From NCBI GenBank assembly GCA_036172245.1, contig JAYWIR010000009.1:2604001-2668000 (forward strand): 64,000 nt of DNA. Reading direction: 5' to 3'. Positions 13,990-25,450 of this stretch are shown piece by piece. Numbering within the stretch: position 1 is the first letter of the stretch; the number at the start of each line of letters is the position of its first letter. The stretch is from Raillietiella orientalis. Lineage: Eukaryota. The notes beneath the pieces were generated by a model that saw only the letters and a list, made by a program, of their open reading frames with translations, was not told the origin of the DNA and ran no database searches. The position numbers were made by a program, and so were the translations under genes.

Positions 13990-14195
13990 AGGATGGGTTA
14001 GCTTGAGTTATTAATTAACAGTACAATCCAGAAAGAGCCTTCCTTCAGGTTAGGTTAGCTCGGGTAGTAAGTAAGTACGTGAGGTTAGGTGATATTAGGT
14101 CATGTGGAATGTGGGTTAGGTATAGGCTAGGTTTTGTTAGGCTGGATGGGTTAAGCCAGGTTAGGTGAGGTTGTGTTGGTTAATTAAGCTAACCT
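13990..14195 (+). repeat. Degenerate (TTAGG)n / GGTTA pentamer patch
   Basis: Many GGTTA/TTAGG units, e.g. AGGTTAGGTTAG, GAGGTTAGGTGATATTAGG, GGGTTAGGTATAGGCTAGG, CAGGTTAGGTGAGG. Confidence 0.7.
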
Positions 14196-14499
14196 GAAGC
14201 GTGCGTTTCCAGATTGTATGTGTTAATTATGGAGTTTTATGACCTTTTTTCTCAATGGAAATTCACTCCTGAATTTAGCTCCGACGTGGGATGCAAGATT
14301 CCTGTTTGCAGTGGAATATTATTATTGCAAAAGCATGCAAGCAGCTAAGCTCCGGTGGTGCTGGGAGATTCGCATCAGCTGTTGATTAAACAGTTGAGAG
14401 TTCACAAGTGGCGTCAAAAGTCCCGGGGCAATGATGCAGACGTGCAAAAAAAGAAACGAAAGGCTTCTCGAAAGGGAATTGGGTGGCACCATTAAGGCC

Positions 14500-15200
14500 C
14501 CTGGCCAAATTTCGTGCAAAGTGAGGATGCTCTTCCACGAATTCGTACTCTCAGAATCGGAACTCGTTATGGCTGTTGCAAGCAGCTGCTCGACGCAGGA
14601 GGAAATCTGGGAGAGGAGGCTTCATCTTGGCAAACACTGCTCCGCTCGTCTTTCCGCGTTAGGGTGTGAAAAATGGAATATCAGCTGAGAATTATCCAAG
14701 GTAGTTCGATCGCAATTTCATTTGAATCCCTCAAGGGCTCCCACAGAGGCGACGCTGTGTGCTAACAGGCAGGCATGCAGGATATTGCGTCTGCTCAAAA
14801 CTGGAATTCCTTCATCCGCGGAGTGGAAGGATTGATGTTGGTGATGCATTTTTCTGCATCAGTGGCAAGTTTCATCGATGTTGGTCATATTCCTTCAATC
14901 GGTCGAAAATCTTAAGCGGATGCGCAGCTGTTTGCATGACCAATGGCTGCAATTTATCAGCTGCTGTCACCCGGAAAATGAAACTGTTGGAGGAAACAAA
15001 AGCGAAATTTCCTGGAGCTCCGGGGCTTTGATTTCGTAGTGAATTTTTCAAGTTCAGCAGTGAAGATGTAAGATTGGAGCTTTCGCGTGTCGAGTGAGTC
15101 AGCTCACTGATCACACGGACAAGAGGCGAGCTCCTTGATCAGGCAATCAGCTTACTTATCTCTGGGGATGGAAAACAAAACGGTGCTTCTGGTTGATGAA
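14500..15200 (+). pseudogene. F-box/LRR-CC (FBXL-like) pseudogene
   Basis: VLSESELVMAVASSC (F-box-like), followed by CSKLEFL...DVGD, KILSGCAAV and CRVSQLTD (LRR-CC-like). Broken by stops and frameshifts. Confidence 0.5.
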
Positions 15201-16390
15201 TGGATCATCAGAGGAAACAAAGCTGATGAGCAGTTGAGACACGCCTCTCGAAGGAGGCTGAGTAGAACGGACCAGATGGGATTTTCGCAACACGAAACTT
15301 CTGCATGGAAGCCACTCAAAACTGAATGCCATTAAGGCTGCAGTGATTTCTCACGCATCTGCGACGGGACTTTTGTACTGATGGCGTGTTCCTCTGACTT
15401 TATCAAAGTGCATCAGAGGAATTGATGAGTATGGAAAAGGCGTGGTGCCCATGCAACAGATGTTCCAAAGATTCAAACGTTTCCGAGCATGAATTTTTGT
15501 TCATTTCAGATTGGCAGACATCGAATCTAGAATGTTGAATAGAGAAACGTATGGACAAGCAGAATTCTCTGAAAGCTATGAAAGATTTTTATCCTGGGAG
15601 CAGGTGAGCTTGTGCTTAAAGCTTGAAGCCATTTCGTGACCTTCGCCGATTGTAACTTTTTGCGTAACATGGGACGATGTAAGTCCACACCTTGTGCCCC
15701 CTGTAGAAGCCACTGAAAGAAGCCTGCCTTCCAAATATGACCCATAGGATACCTATTTGTCCTTTCAGAAGGAGTCTTGATTGCGATTTTCTGTCCTGCA
15801 CTCCACCGTCACTCAACTGTAGCGACTGTCCATTTTTTTCCGATGTTCTTTCATCCACACACGAAGATTTTCCAGTGGAATTTTCCATGATTGCAATGGT
15901 TTTTTATTTCCAGTTTGCAAATTCGGAGGCATTTCTTTGTTGAAATTTTGAGGATGAGGATGCTGTACCAGACTTCGTAATAATAGATCTAAAAAGCAAG
16001 AAAATAGAAGGAAACATGCTCTTGCTATTTCGTGAGTATTGTTTTTCACAATAGAGTGTGCAAACCGTTTTCGAAAAGATCATTTCGATTCACAGTTGGT
16101 GGCCTGCAACAAGTGCTGCCATTAGTAGCTGCCTTGAAAGATTTTCACCCGGTCACGCTGGAGCGTCTATTTCATTAAAAATCAACCAGTTGGGAACGCA
16201 GTCTCAACCAAGGACAGAAGAAGTTCAAGGGGAGGGTCTACCGACACGCAGGTCGAGATCTCTAGAAGTCCAGAACAAGGAAGGGGATCGGTGGACAACA
16301 GCAAAAAATGCGGTGTGGTGGGTCAGGGACCTTTGAGTCGCTCCGTGTGCACGGGATCAAAACAGAAAACACCAGGGACTAAGTTTTCCA

Positions 16391-16990
16391 TACTTAACTT
16401 GGGGATGGGGCACGAGAACAACAACGAAGGGAGTCAGGGGACAAGGGTCACCGGTGTCCGTCGTTCCTAGCTATCCTCAAACCGGCTCTGGATGACGGCA
16501 ATCTCCTCCTTGTATTCCTATTCCAGCTGAGGTCACCTTGCAGCCGTCTTCATGCAGGCAGCTGCCATCCTAATGACCTCCCTTTGTTACGTGGCCGTCT
16601 CCAGCTCATGACGGGTCGTGACAATGGCACGGATGCAACCCCGTGGTTGCGACCACCGCGCAAGTCGAGCGTCCTGCCGGAGCGAGGAACCATCGCAGCA
16701 CATCTCGGGCGGTGTACTCCTGGTGCTGGAGTGCCGAAGCCAGCCTCCGCCGCCACAGTTCCTGCAGTGCGTCTCAGTACAGGAGCAGGTGCAGCGAGAT
16801 CGACACTCCCGACCCGCACCTGGCGCAGTTCGGGGATGCAACCCCTGCGGAAACTCGGTGTCGCCTCTCCTCGCACAGGAAACCCCAGTGGAGGAAGAGC
16901 AGCATGCCCTGTTTCCAGAAGAGGAACATTGAGAGTGTTCAAGCAATGAAGAAAGACCACGAATTCTTCAGGGGCAACACTCAAAAGTTT
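16391..16990 (-). mobile_element. L1/Tx1-like LINE 3' fragment
   Basis: Knuckle PNCARCGSGVSISLHLLLY*. Reverse-complement match to 53560-54151 with long identical runs. Confidence 0.8.
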
Positions 16991-17039
16991 TCTCTCTACG
17001 GAAGGAGCTCCGTCGCTAAAGCACGAGGAATGGCAGCAT

Positions 17040-18170
17040 CAACAACTCGCGCGCCAAATATTTGCCCATGTGGCAAACCTCTGGAGCACCACCAGGTGCC
17101 AATCTGCACGCCTTCTCGTCCAGCAAGCCACCAGCAGCGTGGGACTCACGTCCTTCCTTGCGCTCCCTCCACGTAGTCTCATCAAGTGCGGACCGCACCA
17201 TAGGCAAGTGGCCACGCTGACGTGGAAGAACGGATGGATCCCGTGCCGCCTCACGAACGGTGGTGCCCGGCTACAGGGAACCGCGCTCACGTGGGCGGGG
17301 ATCCATGAGCCAAGCGCGGAACAGGTACTACGTCTCCTGTACTCGCGCAACAGCGGCACGCTTCGAAAGATCCCGAAAGATCCCGTGAAGAGAGTGCGTG
17401 GACAAGCAGAACCTCCCTTGCCACCGCGCTGTCCTGACTAAGGAAGCATATGGACAGTAGCCTCACGGGTAGATGAGAGGTCATTGTGAAAATCTCTGGT
17501 AGGAGAAGAGGACTGGGAGAGTGGATGATGGGCCTGCTCACCGACGCTGCGACCCTGAGTGCTCGAACTCGTGGACTTTTGCACTGGGGGTGCAACTGGG
17601 TATTCCGGAAAAAGAACTGCATTGGCCCCGGCCGCTCATGAACACCCACACCCTCTCCTTGAATGGCAGGAGTCGGCGATGATGCTGCTTCACTGGGGCC
17701 TCCCGTGCAACGCCCGCCGGCATCACTGGACTCGGGGTGTGTGCTGTGGGGAGTGCTGGGGGAGGAATCCTTCCCGCACCTCCTAATGGACTGCATTGCA
17801 TTCCGACTCCTTTGGGGAAGCTTTGTCGCGACCTTTGGAAACCCCAGGGGCAACGACAGTGGCGTTTCAAAGCGGCTGTTCTTGTGGAACGTCCTCACGC
17901 TGGTCGCATCCTCAGCAGCACTTTGCTGCCCACTCAGCGAGACAGACTGCCCACGCCTCCTCTGGCGCTGCATGAAGTAGCGCCAGAGGAGGTCAAAACG
18001 ACAGGAAAGTCATCTATTATGCTGTCCTCTTCATGAAAACAGCGTCAAGATGGCCCCAACTGGGCATCCTGGCGAGGATGCAGAGGACATTTTCCAGCAC
18101 ACAGTGACCCTTTCCCAAACCTCCTCGCCATTTTTCTGACTGTATGCTTTTCGTTTCATTTTTTTCTTTT
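17040..18170 (+). mobile_element. L1/Tx1-like LINE 3' fragment
   Basis: TWAGIHEPSAEQV...LLHWGLPCNARRHHWTRG, then CGECWG/EESFPHLLMDC across a frameshift. Inverted homologue of 41890-42985. T-rich 3' end. Confidence 0.8.
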
Positions 18171-18189
18171 GGTATGTCTCCCTGTGCCC

Positions 18190-19720
18190 TGTGGGGCCGA
18201 GGCGAACCCCGCTGGCCTGCGCGCCGGTTCCCGGTAGGATCCTTCTCGTAGTTATAAGTAACGTGGCAGGATCAAAGGTCCTGCCAAAGGCGCTTCTTTT
18301 CCATAAATAAAAACCCCGGCGTGACTGCGTGTCAACCAACTCGCGCTTCTTGCAGTCGCCAAAGAGTTTCGTTCCTCCTGCGATGGTGCAGGAAAACTCC
18401 TACGGCGCCGGTCGGCTGCTGTCGTCGCTTACCCAACAGCGCTGCCCTGGAATTCAATTGCAGGAATGGGCAAATGACTCAATTTGGGAACCATCTACGA
18501 AGGAGCTCTGCGTCGTTCGAGGCTTCTTCCTTGCAGAGTCGACTCTGCCATGATTGGAGAATAATACACTTCACCTCATTCCAGGCGCCGAAACCAATTC
18601 TGGATGCAAGCAAAGAGTTTGGTCTTGCGTTCTAGACGATTCCAAGAGCACGAGTGAAAATTGAATTAAACAAACCAGAAAACTGAAGGGAAAAAAAGAG
18701 TTGCAAGAGTGCACAGTGAGATATCTAAATATTGGAAGGGGTGACTATCCGTGTAGAGGCGCCGCCGGAAGGGGACCGGTGTGATGCTGAAGAACCACAA
18801 GTCGTTAGCATGAATTTGCAAAACGCGAAAACCTGGAAAAAATTCAAAATGAGGATAATTCGGCCTCGGTTTGCTTCGCCGGGTGTTTCCTTCTTCACTG
18901 CGCATCTACCAAGATGAAAGAGGATTCTCAAGGAATAACGAATCACATGAATAAAGTGTAGTATTAAACGTACACCTTTCTCGCTTCCGATTGGCTGTTT
19001 CCTTTCAAAGTGTTTCCCAGAATTTTCGTTGCTCAATACCTTTGCAGCTGTTTGCAGAATCGCAAACGTACAGAATAGACATCCCGCACCGGGTTGCCAT
19101 GGCAGAGAGGAACATGCCTTCGATATCCATGTGGACACCGGCGCGTCACCGCAAAGAGCTCCGATCGAGTGAGGCGCCTCGTGCAGCGGAGGAAAGAACG
19201 ACTGAAGTGGCTAGGCTATCTGCATCCGAGTTCACGCAGTGGACGACCTGAGCTGCAACGGTTTTTCAACCCGAAAATCATTCCCCCGAGGAAAGAGATC
19301 CCTGGCCATGCTTGCCGAAGATTCGCAAAGCGCGAACAAGAATTCGGGAAGAGGTTTCTGGGCGTGGTTTGCGGAGTGGAGAAAGTCCATTCACAGGCAG
19401 GAAGGGTTGGTGCGGCAGGTTGCTTTTTCTAGACGGGAACCACGGCGCAGAGACGCAAGTTCATTCTGTTCCTTATTGAAAAGGACATTACGCTGGGCAA
19501 GGAGCTCTTGGATTCTTGCTTCCGAGGGTCTCTGTCACACAGGAACTACGGCGGAGGCCGGCTTCAGCGCTCCTGCAGCAGGAGGACACCTCTCAGGATG
19601 CGCTGCGACGGTTCTTCTCTCAGGAAGGAATATCAACGGGGGCAGGATTTCACTCCCGTTTGCGCCGGGGCATTTACAGGAATCGCTGGAGCCAAAAGGC
19701 ATACCGATTCCAATTATTGC
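18190..19720 (-). mobile_element. L1-like ORF2 reverse transcriptase domain, decayed but nearly complete
   Basis: Motifs in order: KCPGANG (about 19665, KSPGPDG-like), LRIFGK, MDI/SKACSSLPW (about 19115, DxxKAFD), GVR, QIHANDLWFF (about 18800, YADD), LNSRAALL and RGFYLW. Confidence 0.7.
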
Positions 19721-19949
19721 GCCAAAAAAAAAAGGAATGGCCGAGATCCATCACGTGCACGAAGGGAAAGCGGGATGGAACAAAAATAGAAAAAAAAGGA
19801 GACAAACTATAAAAACTAACAAAAAAGTTAATTGTTATGTTTATCTCAGTGAGGAAATTCCTCTGTAACAACCGATGAAGGATCACTCGGGGGGACTCAT
19901 TTTGGCGTCCATGTTTCTCCACGAGGAACACTAGCCATTCATGTGGTCA

Positions 19950-21240
19950 CATAAGGCATACTGGGCACATTACACATAAAATAGTTTGGAGGTACATAAT
20001 GTGACACCAAACTATTTTAAGTGTAGTGTGGGGAAGGGAAGGGAAGGAATCACATTTCGTGGTGGGTGAGGCGTCTGCATCTGTTGAAGGATACCGGCGA
20101 GCTCCTCTTCCTTCCTTTCCAGGTGGGACGACCACCTCGAAGCTATCCTCCGGAAGCAGATGGCATGCAGGACAGCCCCCCTCGCTCTGACCTCTCTCGG
20201 CGTCGCACTTCGCCGCGATGACACCTCGCACGCAGCACAGCGCTGCGATTGCGGCTGCGGGCGTCATGGAGTCCCGCGCGAAGAGGGGCCTCAAAGAGTC
20301 TTTGGGACCGTCCACGGGGTGCGGAAGGGACGCAGAGAAACCCTCCCACAAGCCCCGAAGGGCGATGCACTGCACTAAGAGGTGGGGGAAGGTCTCCTTC
20401 TCCCCACACCTGCCACAGTTCGGCGATGAGCTTCCCCTCGTGCAGCGGCCCCGGCGCGCATTGCACGGGAGACCCCAGTGCGGTATCAGCAGCGCCGATT
20501 GCCGTCACTTGAGGGGAAGCAGCTTTCTGTCCGTAAACCCGGGGGCACTTCTAACTCTTCGGTCTGAATGGAGAAGAGTCCGCCCCAACGTTCCAGCCCT
20601 TTGGATCCGGTTCTTGCTGTTGCTGCGTAAGCCAGCTGTCTCGTAGTCCAACCACCGATAGGCTTCCTTCGGGCTGAGATCTCGCAGGAAATCTCGCACT
20701 TCGCTGGTAGGCAGGTGCCATGTACCTCGATAGCGGAGGACAACGCTGCGGCAAAGGGGGTGGCTGGTGGGTAGGTCAACATAGTCAGTTCACTACCCAC
20801 CGCCTCCAAGGTTCTTCCGCTGTTGTTCCGAAACTCCCGGCAGAGGGTGACTTCCGACGGGGCCCAGGTGAGGTGGGCCCACGTCCTCACTTTCTCTGGC
20901 GCCAGGCCGGAGTGTCCGTAGGGCTGCAGGAAATCCACGTGTTGGCTTTCACCAGAGCAGCGATGCACCGGAGGGGGAAGCCGCAAGATGGGAGGCGGAG
21001 GTGGTGGCACGCAAACAGGGTTGCGAGCCCTTCACCAGCGACCGCCAGCCGGGAGAGCGAGCGTGCAGGCGCGGTGACCGCAACGACGGATGGCCCCATC
21101 CGCGCCATCATCATGGTCCGCCAATGTGTCCCAGACGCAGATGCAACGGAGAGAAGTCACCACTATGTGCTTCGAGGGTGGCAAGAGGGCCTCCCCTCGA
21201 AGGAGATCGCCGGCATCCAGAGCCGGTTCTGAAGTGGAAG
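19950..21240 (-). mobile_element. L1/Tx1-like ORF2 C-terminal region with intact zinc knuckle
   Basis: WDTLADHDDGADG (GGLG region)...PLK*RQSALLIPHWGLPCNARRGRCTRGSSSPNCGRCGEKETFPHLLVQC (CX2CX7HX4C)...LFARDSMTPAAAIAALCCVRG. Confidence 0.8.
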
Positions 21241-21999
21241 AACGGCCAACACCGGTGGCCCTTCTCCCTAGCCTCCCTTTATATATTTCGTGTGTTTTCC
21301 TCTTCCATTCCCCACGCTTTTCATCTCCGGACTTTTGCCGGTGGTTTGTGCATTTCTGCCGGTGTCTACGTAGCAACACCGAAGATCCTTGCCGCATCCC
21401 TCTCATATTTCCACGTTTATTTGTTGTCCCTTCCACCCCGCTCCGGACTTTTAGACACCCCGACTCGCGTGTCCCTCAACTTCTGTTGTCTTCGGCTGGC
21501 AAGTGTGTTCCAAGCCGGTTCTTTTTTCTTCCAAAACAAACGCCCCTAGCGTGGCCAGGTGATGAAATTCACAAATTCATGCTTGCGTTGCAGCTCTGCG
21601 GCAGCGTTGCTCCGTTCTTCGAGAGATCTTCATCCATATCTTTCCGCTGAAAGAATCGGTGGTAATTAATTCGAGCTCGCACCACTTCCGAAAGACAGTG
21701 GGGCCTCGGAAATCACGTAAATTCAAGATTTGTGAGGGAAGATTGGAAGAGGCTTTAAACGTGTAGCATTTCGTTTCCGTACATATAAAAGTACATGGAT
21801 AGCCAGCTAGAATTGGTTGAAAATTGCCACCGTGGTACATTGGATGATGCTTCATTAATTGATCTTTCGCTAAATCAAATATACATTTATAGCGTCCACT
21901 ACCTCGTTATCCGAATTCCGGTTACCTGAATATCATTTTCATTCTGACGCGTTCTTACTGATGGATGCAGATCACAGATTGATGCCGCGGTCAGACCGT

Positions 22000-23220
22000 C
22001 CACGGTGTAGGTGGGGGCGTAGAACTTTCCACGGCAATCTGGATCCCTTCCGGGCTTCCTCTGGATGCACTGCTCTGCTTACCAATGTCGAGCCGGATGG
22101 ACTGATTTGATCGCGAGGTGATTTGTGGGTACGTCGGGGCGAGTAATGCGAGGTTTGTCCGAAAGGAACTTCCGACCAATCGTCCAAGTCGCCGTCGATT
22201 TCCGTTGGTGAGGTTCCCTCGTAAGGTCGGCTGTTCCCCTCTGCGGGTTGAGTGTGAGTTTCGGTTGCTGCCGGAATCTCCCTGGAAATTCCTTGCAGCT
22301 CAGCGCGATCTCTCCGCACAGCCCCGGAGCCATGGCAGCTTAAGAATCCATCCGAGGCCGCCCGTTGATTGACGAAGAGCTCCTCACTTATCTCGTGAAA
22401 ATTGCTGCTTGGTCCACTTCTCGCCCCCTTCGGCGGAGGACGAGCGACATCGTTTCGCTCCGGCGTCGCGGGCCTGCTTCCGGATGAATTCTTTCGGGGG
22501 CTCCGCGATCCGCAGGCGGGGAGCTCCCGTGGAAAGGTCCGCGCTGGGCCCATTCTTGCAGAGATCATGTGGTTGCGTCTTAAGGAGGTGCGGTGCAGCG
22601 GCGCCTCTGCACCACGGAGCTCCGAAAAGGTGCACCACAAGCCCTCCGGGAAATTTCGCATTCCGCACACTTCCTGTTTTTAAAGTCAACAGGCTTGGCG
22701 AAATCGCGTTTGTCACCACTGATTGAGAGCTGGACGCGCTGGTCGCAATTTGCTCCGCGGAACAGATTTATGCTCATCACGGAATGAACCCTGGAAGGGA
22801 AACGGGAGGGAGGCAGGAAAGGGGCATTTTATTTCGGAGGCTCTGATTCCTACCAGGACTTCCGGGCTCGGGAGCCGCATGCCTCAGGGCGCATCCACGC
22901 GCAAGGTTAAAGGGCCGCTCTTTTCGAGACGGAATCGCAACCTCAGGATTTGGATTCCCTAGCAGCGAAATCGGATTTTAGCCTCGTGCGAAACCCCGCG
23001 AAGACCTTTTTTTTTTTTCTTTGGTTCTTATCTGCTCGTTCCCGCTGAGGGTCATTCTGGCTCTGAAACGAAAAATGCTCCACTTTTGTTTCGCGGGGTG
23101 GCATCAGCGAACCTGGGCCCACGAGGGACCAGCTGACATCGCGACTCCTCCTCGGACCTGTGGATTCAAGGCAGGGGCGGAGTGAAGTCAGACGACTCTC
23201 CAGGTCCAGGTAAATCATCT
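22000..23220 (-). mobile_element. Decayed L1-like RT/post-RT fragment
   Basis: MIYLDLESRLTSL (LDxEKAFD-like) and RFADA. ADLSTGAPR is shared with ADLSTGRPR of the 28.9 kb copy. Confidence 0.4.
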
Positions 23221-23399
23221 TTTGGTGCAGGGAAGGAAGACGGATTGCAGGAAAACGCAGACACATCTGCATCTGTTTTCAAAGTGTCATTTTTGCAACG
23301 CTAGGTTTCTGCACTTTTCCGGGGTTTTCTCTCCTGATTCTGATCAGGAAGTGGTTCTACTTACTTGGGTTATATCCTTGAACTCTATCAAGATGCAGC

Positions 23400-23900
23400 A
23401 ATGCGTTCAAACTGGGATTCCGATGCACTTCCTGAAGCTGGACCCAAACATCGACTGCAGGCGTCGCTTTCCTTGTGTTCATTTTCGCTTTCCTTATCAC
23501 GGTGCTTCCGGTAAAGAGGCCAGTTGTTGACCTCTCCATAGGATTGAGTCGGGGAAGTTTGCCGTCCTCTTCAAACTGATACTTCAGGGTTTCCAGCTTG
23601 CTCCTTGTCTAAAGGCCTGCCACAGTCTTTATCGCTGTCCTGTCCTGGCGCCACGTTGGGCATGTGGGCACGAGGAGCTCCACTTTCTTGTCCCCCACGC
23701 TCCCTGCAGAACTCGTTTCAGATGCCACCAGTCTGCTACTGGATCTTCGAGCCACTCGAGATTCGATTCCTCCTTGTTAAAACACTGGAAGGCCATCGTG
23801 AGTGTCTGATGGCAGGCCACTCCTCCATACTGTACTCCCAACCGCTTGCAGGTTCGCTTTCCCGATCCCGAAGCAACTGGAAGCCGTGGAGAGGAGATTA
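23400..23900 (-). mobile_element. RLE-type (R2/NeSL-like) C-terminal knuckle and endonuclease remnant
   Basis: FCRERGGQES/LVPTCP (CxxCxxxETxxHxxxxC-like), followed by FPDSILWRG (PD motif). Confidence 0.5.
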
Positions 23901-24949
23901 TTGTTTCTTTCCCTTTTGAGGAATGAGTTCTCGGAGATCTTCCTTCCCTACTTTGGACCATGGGAGCTTGTTCTGATTTTTCCACAATTCGCGTGTCCCG
24001 TGGGTGAAGCGTTCAATGACTTTTTTCACAGTACGGGGACAGTCTAATCATGTGCCAGTTGCCACTGGGGAGAACTGTCCGCATTCCTGGAAGGTCAATT
24101 CGGGTGTTTGGTGTATTCACATTCTAGTCTCCTGTGGAATGGGGAAGAAGTAAGAAATCACCGAGTGCTTCATTTCAGATTTCCCTGCTGCGAGGCCTTT
24201 TCCAGGAGGAAAGCCCCTGCATTGGTGAGGACGCACCAAAAGACCTGAAAGACCTTTTGATGCGTCCTCAGCGGTGCCTGCTTTATCCTCCAGGAGGAGT
24301 CAACCAGCATCTATCCACTATCCCGATTTGTCGATCTGGTATGACATCAGGCCACCCTAGTTTTTCATCAGCCTTAGGCTCTGTGGGCTGCAAGAGACCA
24401 CTTTTCCAGATCCTCATCCAGTTCCAGAGTTGGTCTGCGTCCATGGTTTGCACCATCCTACCGTCTCGTGGCCTATCTACCGTGTGGTTCTTCCATTGCG
24501 GAGTGCACTTGCGATTCAGAAACCACGGTATCATCCACACAGAATGCTAAACTTACTGCCCATACGAGCCATGTGCAAGAAAGATGGCATGATTTGAATA
24601 TGCAGAAGATGCACAGCACAGGAAGTCACTCCCACGCGCTCCTCACGCAAGTCCATGAAACTTCCACGGATAGCTTGTCCCTGCTAGGCACATCGAAATG
24701 AATCAAGAAGGCCACCCGGAAACAACGGGAGGAGTTGACCAGTGACTGGTCTGTACAAGGCCAGTGATTGGTTTAGGGGAGGTGAGAAACTTTGCGCTGC
24801 CCTTTCGAAAGCCTTTTATCCACTTGGCTTTGGAAAAAGGGAGGCTAGACGTTTAGCACGCTACTCGTCCAAGATGATTCTAGAGTCGAAGAAAGCATCT
24901 CCGCAGATTCTCTGACCTAAAAGACAGTCCAAAGTCGAGAGGAGATCAG

Positions 24950-25450
24950 GAAGGAGAGGGTATGTTCCAACATCCAGAAAATCTACGGGAAGAACTGAAC
25001 TGGCTTGGTCATTGGCGGTGAAGAGCAATCTCTAGTGAACTTCAGCACCTACCAGCAAAAGAGAAGACTGTGTCCATGGAAGCAGAGCAACTCTTGCATT
25101 GCGATCGGAAACTCTTCACCAACATTATTTGCAGCAAATCTGAAGGAACCTTATCTTCAGAGAACCACGCAGAGGAGGATGCTGGGGACTAGTTTTATGA
25201 AAATCATTCTACTGGGCAACTGCAAGAAGAAATGGATGCACAGAACCTGCAGTAAACCGATGCATTTCGGTGGGTGCCAGCACCTTCAGGGATGAAAGGA
25301 TGGATTGCCACTCGGCAACCTGTTGGAGTGGTCAAGAGTTTCTTCTGCTTTCCGGGTCTGAAGTCACCTCAGAAACCGGAAACGAAAACTTCCTAATAGT
25401 CGATTTCAACGTTCAGCAGCTGCACCTATTTGATTTTAGAAGCCCAAGCT
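24950..25450 (+). pseudogene. Possible LRR remnant
   Basis: ANLKEPYLQ, GGCQHLQ, TCWSGQEFLLLSG and NVQQLHL. Confidence 0.3.
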
